In this document: positions 1-12,804 of the stretch, piece by piece
Position numbering within the stretch: the first letter of the stretch is position 1
Layout of the letters: every line of letters starts with the position of its first letter
Notes under the pieces: generated by a model
What the model was told of the DNA's origin: nothing
The model's database searches: none
Seen by the model: the letters and a program-made list of their open reading frames with translations, nothing else
NCBI GenBank assembly: GCA_951406725.2
Contig: OX597835.1
Location: 50,762,568-50,826,567 of the forward strand
Reading direction: 5' to 3'
Source of the DNA: Octopus vulgaris
Taxonomy: Eukaryota
Length of the DNA: 64,000 bases
Made by a program: the position numbers and the translations under genes

Positions 1-224
1 CAACGTGGAAGTCGCTGCGCTGTCTCTCGATTTACTAGATATAGCAGCTAAATCTACTAACATCTTTACAGAAAAAGGTGGGGAAAGAAAAGATATGTAT
101 TGTAGTTTTAGATTAAAACTTAAAAAACGAGTGACGCTCCGAACGTTTTGCTTACAGACCCAGTTCAACCAGGGCTGACCTGGGGCTAAACAGAATTGCA
201 AACAACTACTTGTATAAATTAGTA

Positions 225-1070
225 TTGGGTGGGTGTGTTGATATTGTGTAGCCCGAGGTCTCCAATAAAGCAGAAATATGATCAGACATTCCAGCCGTGA
301 CCATCCAGTGCCTTTGTATATTTAAGACTGTCCAAGGTGTTCTTTCGTTTCAGACTGTAAAGCGTGACTGGAGGAAGATTTGGCTGCTATCACTAGCAGG
401 CAGTCCGACAGTATAGCGGTTCGGTTGTTGGTGTGTGTATAGAGAGATAGTATAATCAGATTAAAAATCAGTTTCCTCAGTAAGCCGTTTCTTCTGCAAA
501 AATGTAACAGAGTAAAGTGAAATAATGAGTTAAATGGGTTTCGAAACCGAGTCACTATCTCCACTTTCGTGGGAACTTAAACATTTTTTCCCCATGGTGT
601 GGACCAATTTTTCTCTGCTTTCTTTTATCGGAATGTTTTCAACCTTTAATATCTCTTCGCCATCACTAAAGTGAAAACGGTGATTCGGTTTCGAACACCA
701 ATTAAGTATCTTTTTACAGTAGAAACGAATGTCACCAACACCTATCGCTTCGATCATATATAAACAGGTACCCCAATATGTATCTATCTACCCAAAGTAG
801 GGGCTGATCAGAAAATATAATAGAAATTTCATGTTTTATATATATAGAAAAAAACCACCTTTTATCAATTCAAAATGAACAATTAAATTACACTATCTGT
901 TAGTGATAGCAGCCAAATCTTCCTCCAGTCACGCTTTACAGTCTGAAACGAAAGAACACCTTGGACAGTCTTAAATATACAAAGGCACTGGATGGTCACG
1001 GCTGGAATGTCTGACCATATTTCTGCTTTATTGGAGACCTCGGGCTACACAATATCAACACACACCCAAT
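225..1070. repeat. Inverted repeat, ~175-bp arms (225-400 and 897-1070) with ~500-bp spacer
   Basis: gtgtgttgatattgtgtagcccgagg...gatttggctgctatcactagcag is the near-perfect reverse complement of ctgttagtgatagcagccaaatc...gggctacacaatatcaacacac. Confidence 0.9.
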
Positions 1071-2419
1071 ATATATATATATATATATACTAAGCAATAA
1101 AGGGTTTGGCAACGAATTGCCTTACCACATATATTATATTATATTATATTATATTATATTTACATGTCACGCAAACGTGAACTGGAAAAGAAAGACATGT
1201 TTTTCATTTCAATAAGTAAATACCACCCAACCTTTTTTTTTTTTTTTTTTCATTGTTGTCATATTGAAGGGGTGGTCACGGAAGAAACGCAGAAAATATT
1301 TGTACAGACTTTCTGGACGACGACGGACCGAGTCAGACTTTCACGCACTTTGCTCCTCGCACAACAACAAACAAGAAATAAAAATATTTTGTTTTTTGAA
1401 AAGGTCTTCTTCTTACCTTAATCTGGAACCCATCTCGGTAATTTATCGCTTGAAATAATAAAAGCAGCCACTCAAGACGGTGGCAATTCATTTAACGACC
1501 CATCCCTGATCGAAACATGAATAACAAAACCACCATCTTGTAAATGGGAATCACACTGACACGAGACCGAATGAGATTTCAACTTATTTTTACAATTGCT
1601 TAGATTTTCTTCATCTTTTTTCTTTTTCTTTTATTAATTTCTTTTACCAAACTAAATTTCAAAAACTCCTTTCATAAATAAAATTAAATACTAAAAAAAA
1701 AAATTGATTAATTAGTTAAATGTTTGTAAATTTTTTTGCTTGTTTTTCCTTTTATGCTCTTTAAATTTACAGAAATGACTTGACTGCAGGCGGCTGGTGT
1801 CGGGGGTTGACGTAAGGCGTTGTTTCTGAAACTGCTCCCTCGTCGATACAAAGTGGTTGTTCCTGTTATGCCATGTCATAACAAGGCAATTGACTACTGT
1901 ATTATCAAGTTTGGTGCGTCACGACGCGGTTTCGATTTTTCCCAGTAGAAACTAGTTTTTTTCTTCTGTTATAACTTTAATTCCATCATCATCTTGGATG
2001 CATTATAGGAATATTGACATCCTTTCGTCGGGCATGATCGTGGGATTCTAGCCCAAGCTTGTATGAATGACTGTGGCCATAACTGTTTGTGAAATGATTA
2101 CAGGGTGGTTATTCTTGGAAATGTAGACAACGTTTATTAATTAGAAAAAATACATTCTTCAATAGCAGCCACTTTCAATTGGATAAAGACCTACAATTGT
2201 TATGATGGTGGCCACTCTATGTTCCATTAAAAGTTTTAGTGTATGAGCAATAGATTTTCTATCTGCAACATCTGACAGTGTTGGGAGTACAAAATAATGG
2301 TTACAATTTGCAATAATTTAGTGAAAAGGAATATATTTTACAAAAGAAGAAGAAAAAAATCAATGCAACACTGAGTGTCTCAATTGGTCACACACAACAA
2401 GGTTCAATGAAACTTAATG

Positions 2420-3350
2420 AAGCAAACCAACAAGTTCAAGACATTCCCATGGGCAATGACAAGGCTAAGGTGTTAGAATAGCCGAGCACCCTCACAGGCA
2501 TCACCTGACACTCAGTAAGGTAAACTGCAAACCATGATAAGAACTTTGCCACTAGCAGTCCAGTGCCGCCAAATGTCAATGGCTACAAGAGATAGTTCCC
2601 TAACAGGTCCCAATACTTCAGGATTTTGTTCCATTTGGCTATAGAAGCAGTGACCCTCCCATTTACTGCAGCATCCAGAATATGGGAGGGAGTAAAAGAG
2701 TCACAGACTGTGGCATCTTCCAGATGAGGCACCTACCTCTTACAACAGAGGATAAGACCATAGCATCTTCCCATCATTTCTGGATAATCCTGCTGGCTCC
2801 AGAACCGAGGGTATATCAACTCAAGCCAGGGCCCACTTAATGATTAAGTTTAGCTCAGTGTGATGAGTGAAATGACCAGCATTTAAGTGGCAAGACAGAC
2901 CATGAAAACTTGTGGAGTCGAGGGGGCCTACTATAGTGACATCTCAGTCCCCTCCAGACATCAGCTCCTACTTTGAGTGCAATGGAGATGCAGAGCTCAT
3001 CTAGACTGAGAAGACCTGCAATGTTGCAGAACATCAATCAAGTTACCTGAAAATTTTGCACTAGCAGAAAGTATGCAACACCTTGAAAAATTATCAGATT
3101 GGTCAAAGAGAATTGAGAGTGACACCTCAACACAGACTGTCCCATACCTTCTGCTTCCATCTATCCTCAACTGTAACAGGAACTGATGAACCCAGCTCTC
3201 TCCACTGTAACAGAGCTTCATCCATCTCCCTGTTGGAACTAGTCCATGTTGGAGAGAATGTTGCCTACTAAAGAGGAGCAACCTGGATAAGCCCCGAAGG
3301 TTGACAGGAAAATCCTCAACAGTGATCTGGACATCAGAGCAAGGTTCTTC
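2420..3350 (-). mobile_element. Degraded 3' part of a CRE-clade (restriction-like endonuclease) non-LTR retrotransposon
   Basis: Minus-strand translation across frameshifts: LCISIALKVGA...HGLSCHLNAGHFTHHTELNLIIKWALA*VDIPSVLEPAGLSRNDGK...RGRCLIW/DATVCDSF...GDACEGARLF*HLSLVIAHGN. This matches the CRE zinc-knuckle and RLE motifs (HGLSC, EPxGLxRxDGKRPDG, WDAT, RLSxAIQRGN). Confidence 0.8.
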
Positions 3351-4160
3351 CCAACTAAGTATGCTGGAGCTGAAGTGGCATTAGTTGCATGTTCAGTTTG
3401 AAAAATTTTTGGCTTGAACCTTTGTAATGCTGACACAGCTCCTGTAGTAACTTAGACTACACTAGTGGTATTTGATGGTCTTCAAACAGCGACTTGTACA
3501 GTGCCAAGCATACAACTTGGAGGAGAATTGGCAGCATTAGAATTAGAATTCAGATGGGGTGGTGAGATTGGCACTGGAGGTTGAGGGGAGAGCTAGGTGA
3601 ACAGCATTAACTCTGGTGGTGGATTGCAGGAGGTGATTAACAGGAGTGGTGGAGTGAATAAGGGAGGGGAGGTTAGCAATGGCAGTACAAGGGGGAACTG
3701 GATGAAGAACATTAATACTGGTGGTGGAGTTCAGCTGATGGGCAGGAAGCAATAGCAGCAAGATGGCTGTTACAGGAGTTATGGAGTGAATAAAGGGAAT
3801 GAGCCTGACAAATTCCAGTTGAATCTGATGTTAGAAAGAGTAGGGGAGAGATAGGGGAATACAAATTAACTCCTGTAGAATGTGACAAAGGAGGTGAGGA
3901 GTAGGAGGACAATGGCTGGTCGGATGTAACAAAATTATTTAACCTTGCTTGTCTCTTGGTTACTTGCCACATGACCCAACACTTTTCTATTTTATTTCAA
4001 TTCATTGTATTTTTCCTCCTCTTCAACAGACCACCTATGTCAAAATCCAACCAGGCCATCATGTAACAGAAGTGCAATAACAGAAAAGTGGGGGCATTAA
4101 AACACCAAAAAGGAAAGCGAAACTGAAGAATTTTGAGATGTACCAAAATGAAACAACAAA

Positions 4161-4905
4161 TCTCTTATTATAAAAGGCAGATTTTATCTGCCTCCCTTTG
4201 GGAGTTATAGAAATCTACAATATAGGATTTCTTCAATTACAATTTACCTAGCATTTTTAAGAGTACAATGCATCGCGTCATGCCAGGTCCAGTTTTTAAA
4301 ATTTAAACTCCAATTAAGCAAAATTTACAGAAAACTCGCATTCTGGTGTGTGTGTCAAATGCTTTTCTTAGTCTGGTTTACACCACACGCAAACGCACAC
4401 ACACAGTGGGCAACGAATAAAATGAAAGTAATTCACTTACTGTAGTGAGTGATTCTTTCACTCTGCCTCCCACTTCCTCTTTCCACACATAGACACGCAA
4501 ATATAACAATAAAATTGTAAGCTAACGTGCGTGTGTGTGAGTGTGTGTGTGTGTGTGCGCGTGTGTGTGTGTGTGAGGGTGCGTGTGTGTGTGTGTGCGT
4601 GAGTGTGTGACAGGAAAGTTTTTTACGACGAATATAAGATAAGACAGTAAGGTGTGATTTGAGGGAGATTTGGCTGCTATTTCTACCATGTCTAGCTGCC
4701 ATGTAGGGGTCTCCCTCATAGGCTCATACATACATATATACATAGATAAGACAGTAAGGTGTGATTTGGGGGAAATTTGGCTGCTATTTCTACCAGGTCT
4801 AGCTACCATGTAGAGGTCCCCCTCATTGGCTCATATATATATACATACATAAGACAGTAAGGTGTGATTTGAGGGAGATTTGGCTGCTGTTTCTACCAGG
4901 TCTGT
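4161..4905 (+). mobile_element. Probable 5' part of a non-autonomous Helitron, with (GT)n and three ~107-bp tandem repeats (4637-4905)
   Basis: Starts A|TCTCTTATTATAAAAGGCAG like the other Helitrons here. Unit ataagacagtaaggtgtgatttgagggagatttggctgct occurs three times. No 3' CTAG/hairpin end was located. Confidence 0.5.
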
Positions 4906-4969
4906 TAGGCCTTCTCATGTAAACTCAAGCTTTCTCATGCCTTGAACATAAGACCAAAGCAGAGAATGT

Positions 4970-5190
4970 ATTCTTTTATTCTTCTGCTTTTTCCAGCCAT
5001 TGGTCTGTGGCCATGCTGGGGCAATGCCTTGAAGAATTGTAGTTTAATGAATCAACTCCAGTTTTATTTTTGTAAGCATTGTACTTATTCTATCTGTTTC
5101 CTTTGTCAAACCACTAGGTGACAGGGATGTAAACAAACCAACATTCGTTGTCAAGCAGTGGTGGAGGACAATCACAAGCACAGACACGCA
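4970..5190 (-). mobile_element. Cephalopod SINE fragment (3' part)
   Basis: gtggccatgctggggcaatgcc...tttgtaagcattgtacttattctatc is shared with many copies in the window (e.g. 22570, 30985, 41225). Confidence 0.6.
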
Positions 5191-5272
5191 CACACACACA
5201 CACATACATGCATACACATATACACACATACATACATACATACATATATATATATATGTGTGTATATATATA

Positions 5273-5531
5273 TTGCAGCGTGGAAGGTGTTTGTAAGCCA
5301 TTTAAGAAACACACAAAAACCGTTACATTCACTTCAACATTTAAATTTAATTTGCCAAAATATTTTCGTCGATTTGAGACCGCGACCTGTTCACTGACAA
5401 AAATATCGTGCTAACAGGTCGCGGTCTCAAAGCGACGAAAATATTTTGACAAATTAAATTTAAATGTTGAAGTGAATCTAACGGTTTTTGTGTGTTTCTT
5501 AAATGGCTTATAAACACCTTCAACGCTGCAA
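5273..5531. repeat. Palindrome of a Penelope-like terminal repeat (~118-bp arms, ~21-bp spacer)
   Basis: ttgcagcgtggaagg...gaccgcgacctgtt is mirrored by aacaggtcgcggtc...ccttcaacgctgcaa. The same repeat occurs once at 32254-32390 next to a Penelope-like RT fragment. Confidence 0.85.
5351..5401 (-). ncRNA. Candidate minimal type I hammerhead ribozyme, G3:C8 core variant
   Basis: Minus strand reads UUUGUCA-GUGAACAG-GUCG(cggucucaaau)CGAC-GAAA-AUAU-UU-UGGCAAA: 7-bp stem I with one G-U pair, core GUGAnCA in place of CUGAnGA, 4-bp stem II, GAAA, and a very short palindromic stem III (AAUAUU). Confidence 0.6.
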
Positions 5532-5609
5532 CTGTTTTCGTTCCAGCACACGATCTCAGATCAAGTCACTTGCTATGCAAGTACATCTCTGTAACTATAT
5601 ATATATATT

Positions 5610-5640
<31 letters not shown>

Positions 5641-5707
5641 ATATTGGTAAAAACAGTAAGATAACAAAAGAAAGAAAGAGACCTCAATATTATGTAAATA
5701 GAGGAAA

Positions 5708-6102
5708 TCTTTATATATAAAAGTGAGGTTGTGTGTCTGTCTCCTACGATTTAGATTCCTAACTACTCCCACATTTTGCGGTGCAGTTTAACCAAAACCG
5801 GGTATCTTATAGTCGTGATTCATATCGAGACCGTCTGGGTATTAGCGCGCGTCTACGATGAGTCTACGATTTAAAAAAAAATTTACCATCAATTTTTCCC
5901 ATTTTTAATCCATTTTTGACATATATAAGGGAAGTAACTCTCTAAAATTTATTATTAAATCTCAGAACGTAAAAAGCTACAGTAACACCCCTCCCCCTTT
6001 GTGGTTAGCCATATTGAGATGGCTATTATACTTTACATCTCTAAAAATGCTTATATAATTATTTCCCTTACAAACCCGAGCAACGCCGGGCGATACTGCT
6101 AG
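5708..6102 (+). mobile_element. Non-autonomous Helitron
   Basis: 5' TC (tctttatatataaaag), subterminal hairpin cccgagcaacgccggg, 3' CTAG, inserted between A and T with no TSD. Confidence 0.85.
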
Positions 6103-7769
6103 TAAATGAATAAACAAAAAGTGAAAAAAAAAGGCAAAAACAAAAAAGAAATTACAAAAAATAAACAAAAATTACAAAATATGAAGGCAATGTATAAACA
6201 CTATGATTTGTGTGTTTAAAAATAAAAACCAACATTCATAAGCATTACATCAGTGACTTTTTCCCTTTCTACAACTTTTGACATGCACTTTCATCCTCAA
6301 AGGGAAACCTGAACCATATCCAGGGTTATACAAATTCTCAGATCCTAGTGTTATATTCTGTTATTGGCACAATTGTAAAGAAACAATTGCACAAGTGTAG
6401 AGGGACAACCATGACTGTTATGTCATTGCTTCGTTGTTTAGAAGAGAAAGGTTGCAATGATGAGTCATTTGTGGCATTCAGTGGGAAAATGAGAAATGTG
6501 AAGGGCTGCTGATTGTGGAAATTAAAGGGTCATTAATTGGGCCAGGATTGAGGAGTGACTGTGGCTGCTGGTCACTTTGTTGATGTTGCTGCTGTTGTTG
6601 CTGTGGCAGTTCCCATTCTTGTTGTTGAAGGGTTCTACAGTTTTGTTATATTGACTTGTTTTGCTTCTGTTCATTTAAGAATAAAAGAAAAAAAATTCAA
6701 GGTTTTGTAATGTTTTCATCCTCTTAACACACATAATAATAATGTTAAGGCTATTCCCACTGAAACAGACAATTACAAATTCCAATATGTTGGCAATGGA
6801 TAGTTTCAATTGGCTAACTTAAGTCTAGAGAAAATGCATGTGATTTTTGTCCTCAGCATATACATAAAATTTTAAAACATCCATGTGGTCGAAAAAATGT
6901 TTTTTAATATGCCAAGATGTGCATAGGTTTGATTGGAGATGTGGGGGCTATAATGGTATTTTAAGCCCTAAGATATTAAAAAAAAAATAACAATGGGACA
7001 TTCACATTGCTCCATTAGAGAATAGTGAAGACATAATATGGAACACAATTCTTTTATTTCTCTGAGATAGGGACCTTGTGGGCATATTCAAAGGCCCATT
7101 GCAAATTCACATCTGATAACTTTTTTTATTTTTATAAATATTTGGAAAATTTAATTTCAACAAAACATTAATTGAACAAATCTCAGGAGAAAACAAGTGG
7201 ATAAGTGCACAAAAGTAATTGTTTTTACCCCAAAAATGTAATTTACATTATCAAAACACATAAGGAGAGAAAGCCAAGGTACATGAAATGTACTTCCTAT
7301 TCCTTTTCTACATTCTTTTCTACATTAATTTCCTGTGTAATCCTAATCTATACCCTCTTATTCTTTTTCTACATTCTTTTCTACATTAATTTCTTGTGTA
7401 ATCCTAATCTATACCCTCTGAAAATTATTGGTAGAAAATTTAATCAAAACCATTTTCCTGTAAGTTATTAGGAAGTAAATTTAGTCAAGTACATATCTGT
7501 AATTATACCATCTTATAGAGCTGAGGTGAGGAAGCTTTGGCACTTGTTTGTGTAAGCATGGCATTTTCTTTTTCATACTACAAAAAACTAAGTTTATAGA
7601 GTTTAATGTTTCAAACATAAGAGATTCATAATCTGCAAGAAAAAAATTATTGAAGAACTTTTGATTTAGGGACAAAATGTTCCAGATTGAAATGAAACTT
7701 GGAATGTACAAAGATAAATTTGGATATCCTGAATAATGAAAGGGAAAAATAATGCTTAAGCAAAGATTA

Positions 7770-8113
7770 TCTCTATATATATAAATGGCAAAATGTCTGT
7801 GTGTGTGTCCTTTATACAAATCCACAATTTTTCAGTTAGAGGGCTCGCACTTTCTATGGTCATTCAAAACCGTCCAAGGGTGGTCATGCACATCATTACA
7901 TTTCCCCAGTAACCCCACAAAGCCATTAAAAAATCAATAGAAGTGACTTTTTGTGAATTTTATATCCAAACCCAATCAAAATGCCCGAAACTTGATACGC
8001 CAATTGAATGCCAGCTAGTTGTATGTGATTGGGCAGAGATTTGGACAGTACTCGATTGTGTGTATAAGCATGCACTAGCATTATGACCCAGCAACGCTGG
8101 GTCACAGTGCTAG
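7770..8113 (+). mobile_element. Non-autonomous Helitron
   Basis: A|TCTCTATATATATAAATGGC start, hairpin gacccagcaacgctgggtc, CTAG|T end. Confidence 0.85.
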
Positions 8114-8298
8114 TTATTATTAATTTCTCAACAGCATTATTTGTTAAGGTTGCATAGTTGAAAATAAAACATTTCTAATTCAATCTCTAAAAAAAGTGAT
8201 ACATGCTAAAGTCATTTCAAATTGACAATTCAATTCAAATGGTATCAGAAAGTTTTCAGAATAGAAAATCATAAATAGGAACATGTGCTTATCAAATC

Positions 8299-11200
8299 TC
8301 ATCATCATCATCATCATCGTTTAACATCCGCTTTCCATGCTGGCATGGGTTGGACGGTTTGACTGAGGACTGGTGAGCCAGATGGCTGCACTAGGCTCCA
8401 AAGTGATCTGGCAGAGTTTCTACAGCTGGATACCCTTCCTAATGTCAACCACTCCGAGAGTGTAGTGGGTGCTTTTACATGCCACCAGCATGAGGGCCAG
8501 TCAGGCAGTACTGGCAACAACCATGCTCAAATGTTGTTTTTTATGTGCCACCTGCACAGGAGCCAGTCCAGTGGCACTGGCAACGACCTCACTCAAATGT
8601 TGTTTTTCACATGCCACCAGCACAAGTGCCAGTAAGGCGATGCTGGTTACGATCACACTAGAATAGTAATTTTTATGTGCCACCAGCACGGGAGTCAGTC
8701 AGGGACCCTGGCAATGATCACATTTGGATGGTGCTTTTAATGTTCCACTGGCAATGGCATTCAGGAAGTGCTATCATCGGCCACATCAGCAAAATTTAAT
8801 TTCACTTGCCTCAACAGGTCTTCGCAAGCAATGCATAAGTAGGCTGGTTATGTGACACTGGTATAGGCCACAGGTTGTGGTTTCACTTGGCTTGCCAGGT
8901 CTTCTTAAGCACAGCATATTTCCAAAGGTCCTGGTCACTACTCATTGCCTCGGTGAGGCCCAACGTTCAAAGGTTGTGCTTCACCACCCTATCCCAGGTC
9001 TTCCTGGGTCTACCCCTTCCACAGATTCCCTCAACTGCTAGGGTGTGACACTTTTTCACACAGCTGTCCTCATCCATTCGCACAACATGTCCATACCAGT
9101 GCAGTTGTCTCTCTTGCACACCACATCTGATGCTTCTTAGGTCCAACTTTTTCTCTCAAGGAGCTTATGCATATTGACATTACACATCCATTGGCTTCAT
9201 TCCTTGCATGCTTACGCATGTCCTCAGCAGTCACAGCCCATGTTTCACTGCTATGTAGCACGGCTGTTCGTACAGCATACCTTTTACTCTGAGCAAGAGG
9301 CCTTTTGTTGCCAGCAGAGGTAGGAGCTCTCTGACCTTTGCCCAGGCTATTCTTATTCTAGCAGCTACACTTTCAGAGCATCCACCCTCGCTACTGACTT
9401 GGTCACCTAGGTAACGGAAGTCATCAACTATTAGTTTTTCCCCTGGAATGTGACTGAAGCTGTTCTCTGCAAATTTCCAGTGTTTATTGCTCCTGAGCAT
9501 CTGCCACATGCAAAAACAATCTTCCCAGTTAATATTTCTGCACCTCTTATGTGTCCATAGCTTACACTGGGTACACCTTATGGAGTTTCTACCTACGCCT
9601 TTTCTACAGATCAAGCAGGGCCAACTACCTGAAGGGATTTGTGGTTTGTCTGCCTTCCTACTTATTAAGACTTTGGTTTTAGCTAGGTTGATTCTAAGGC
9701 CCTTACCAGAAATATAGCATCTTACCAAAAATATAGCATCAGTGGTGCTTTTCCATGGCACAAACCCAAACTGCATCTCGTCTAGACTGACCCTCTCCCT
9801 AATTAGTTGGGCTACAACCCTCTCCATGACCTTCATTACTTGATCCAACAACTTGATACCTCTGTAATTGTTTGTATCTAAAGTGTCACCTTTACCTTTG
9901 TAGCAGTTGACTATAGTGCAACTTACACCAGTCATTGTGTATGACTCCTTCATGTAACACCTGGTTGACTATATGAGTGACTAAGCTATAGCCAACACTG
10001 CCAGATATTTTGAGCATCACTGTGGTGATTCCTGATGGGCCGGGGCTTTTCCTGTCTTCATACCCTTAATTGCTTTATCTACTAAGGTACTGTCAATTCG
10101 GATAGCTGGTCCCTCTGTTGTGTCGGCATTCAGCAAGCTCTCCCAGTCATTCTCTTTATTCAGCAACCTTTCATAGTGGTGTCTCCAAACCTCTCTCTTT
10201 GTAGAATCATTTAATGCACGTGAACCATCATCCACGTGAAAACATTTGCCTCCTATGACATCATGATTTTCTCTCACACACTGTCTCACAGCACGAAATA
10301 CCTCAAGTTTTTGGTTTTTATGGCACAGAACATTGGCAAATTTTTTCTTATCTGCTTCCCTGCTGGCTAAATAAACCTGTCTCCTAGCTTCCCTTTTGAC
10401 AGTCAGATATGATTCCCTGCTACCACCGTTCTTCCAGTCCTTCCAAGCCTGTCTCTTTTCTCTAATAGCCCTGTCAACAACATTATTCCACCACCATATT
10501 ACGTTGGGTCTAGAGGAGACTTTGTACAATCCACAGATCTGGTCAGTGGCCCTCAACAGGTTGTCTCATAGAAACCTCCAGTTGTCTTCCACATCATGTA
10601 ATGTTATATACCCCTCTATTTCATCAAAAGCTTTGAGTAAAATGTCTCTAAATCTCTGTCCATTCACAGGATCATTAAGCTTCCAGACTCTTCATCTTCA
10701 TGCTGGTTGTCTTCTGGGCGACCATTTAGTTCTGATCCTGAAGTCGCTAACTACTAGTCTATGTGGGGTACATTCTTTGCCTTGGAAGGTTTTGGCATTT
10801 ATAAGTAGCCATCTTTCCCTTTTCCTGGTGAGGATGTAGTCAATCTGACTAGTGTGTCTAGGTGACTGCTAGGTTTCCTGAAGTTAGTATTGCAAACCAT
10901 AAGATCATTTGCATCGCAGAACTCCAGCAGCCTGGTTCCCTCTTCATTGCAGGAACCAAAACCATAGCTTCCATGTATGCCATGGAAGCTCTCTGCTTGT
11001 TGTCCATTGTCCATTGAAATCACCAGCCACAAAGAGAATATCCCTGTCATTTGTCGACAAGGTAGTTAGTAAGAGGGTGTCATAAAATCAGTTTTCTGTC
11101 CATCAGGTAGCTCCAGCTGAGGAGCATAGGCCAAGATAATGGTTGCTAACCCATGGTGAGGCACTAATCTAATCTTAAGTATTCTATTGCAGACTCTGAC

Positions 11201-11415
11201 TACCTTGATTACCTTATCAATCCATTTCTCTGCAAGAAGTATACCCACGCACCCGACCCCATCAGTGTTCCCTGCCTAGAAGATCTTGTATCTATGTTCT
11301 TTGCCTGTGAGGAACCGAGCAGGGCTTCATCTCCACCTTACTCCTTGGATACAGCACAAATCTACACATCTCTGTTCAAGCATCTCAACAATCTCACCAG
11401 ACCTACCTTTCAGCT
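8299..11415 (-). mobile_element. Degraded RTE-clade LINE (AP endonuclease + RT) with 3' UTR and (TGA)n tail
   Basis: Broken ORFs: GVGILLAEKW, LAYAPQ, GFGSCNEEGTRLLEFCDANDLMVCNTNFRK (APE); KGKGDTLDTNNYRGIKLL, QFGFVPWKSTTDAIF, FRYLG, MLHSSETW (RT). The central RT (YADD region) appears deleted. (CAT)n at 8299-8317. Confidence 0.9.
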
Positions 11416-11429
11416 AGCTTTATTGTTGA

Positions 11430-12577
11430 CTAGCAGGATAGCCCGGCGTTGCCCAGGTATGTAAGAGCCCCTAGTAGGCAACGACTAATCCCAATCTAGT
11501 CCTTTCCCTCTAGGGAACGAAGGTGCATGTGTAGGTTGCAATGTCTTCTCTTCACTCCCAAATAACTATCAAACAGCTATCGATAATTCAATCCAACCAA
11601 TTCCTACCAGGAAGAAATAACATTCGAGACTTTACCCCCAACTTCTGCTAATAGCTGCTGCAGCCGCAAGTTATTCGAATACTTTTTTTGTTTAAACTTT
11701 CTTTATAACTACCACCCCAAAAGTTTTACTTTAAATTTTTGATGTACCCTAAGGGTCCTCGGACGCTACTTGCAAACTCTTGGTTTATTATAAACCGCTT
11801 TTGTCGTGTGCACCAAAATACCTTTTTCATTCGTTTGTTCAGTTTGGTCACTTTTGACTTTTTTGTTGTTGTCACTCACATTGCTGCCCGCTTTTTTGCC
11901 GTTTTTGTACATTTTTATACATTTTGAGATACTTACCCCACGTGTTCCGAGAGTTAAAAAGGTTGAGTTGCCTCCCCTAGACAGTCTGTGGTTTGTGTTT
12001 AATACACAAATCGGTTTGCTATGTGTGCCACATATGATTTAATTAACCGAATTTTTCCAGTAATAAAGTATCCTATTGCAATAAAAAGGGCCATATAGCT
12101 CCTTGGAGCAGACATGATGCTCGCTGTGAATTTAAAAAAAAATTCCTGCCAATTTGTGAAAGGTATTGTCGAAAATATATCATCTTGAATTCGAACGCGA
12201 TTTCCCAAAATGGCATGATTTTATCGATTTTTTCTGATGGTAAGGTATTGCATGGAAAACTAACGTCAGAATTAAGTTTCTTAGGGTAACATTAAGCTTC
12301 ACCATGAGTTTGGTGAAAATCGATTGCAAGTTGCGAAAACTACAACAGAAAATGTGTTGCATATAAAAAGTTTAGATTCTCGACCCCATGTCAAATTTAT
12401 CGATTTTTTTCAGAACTGGGGGAACTTTTCAAAATTTTCGCTGCGTTAGTTTTGAGTTATGACATTGGGCTATGTGTGTGTCAAGTTTCATCAGAATCGG
12501 TTGAAAGCCGTAGTCAGGGTGAGGGTACAACCTGACAGACACACAGACAGACAAACTGCCATTTATATAGAGAGAGA
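11430..12577 (-). mobile_element. Non-autonomous Helitron, ~1.15 kb
   Basis: Minus strand starts TCTCTCTCTATATAAATGGCAG (like the 7770 copy) and ends with hairpin cctgggcaacgccggg plus CTAG, between A and T. Confidence 0.8.
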
Positions 12578-12804
12578 TTATTCGGTCACTCCCAATCTAG
12601 AGTCTATAATCGCTTCGATGAACAGGAATAAAATAAGGTACCGTAATGATAGAAATGATGACAGAAGTTTTAATGGAAAATTCATTAATGACATAGGAGA
12701 TAGTAGTAATAGAAATAGTGCACCTTGTGAAATCGATTATGAAAGAGGTATAAGAATGACTAATAACACAAATGATAATATGGATAATAATAATAATAAT
12801 AATA

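Noticed and set aside
1773-1815. Possible exon NDLTAGGWCRGLT after a good acceptor
   Set aside because: Too short to support and no recognisable homology.
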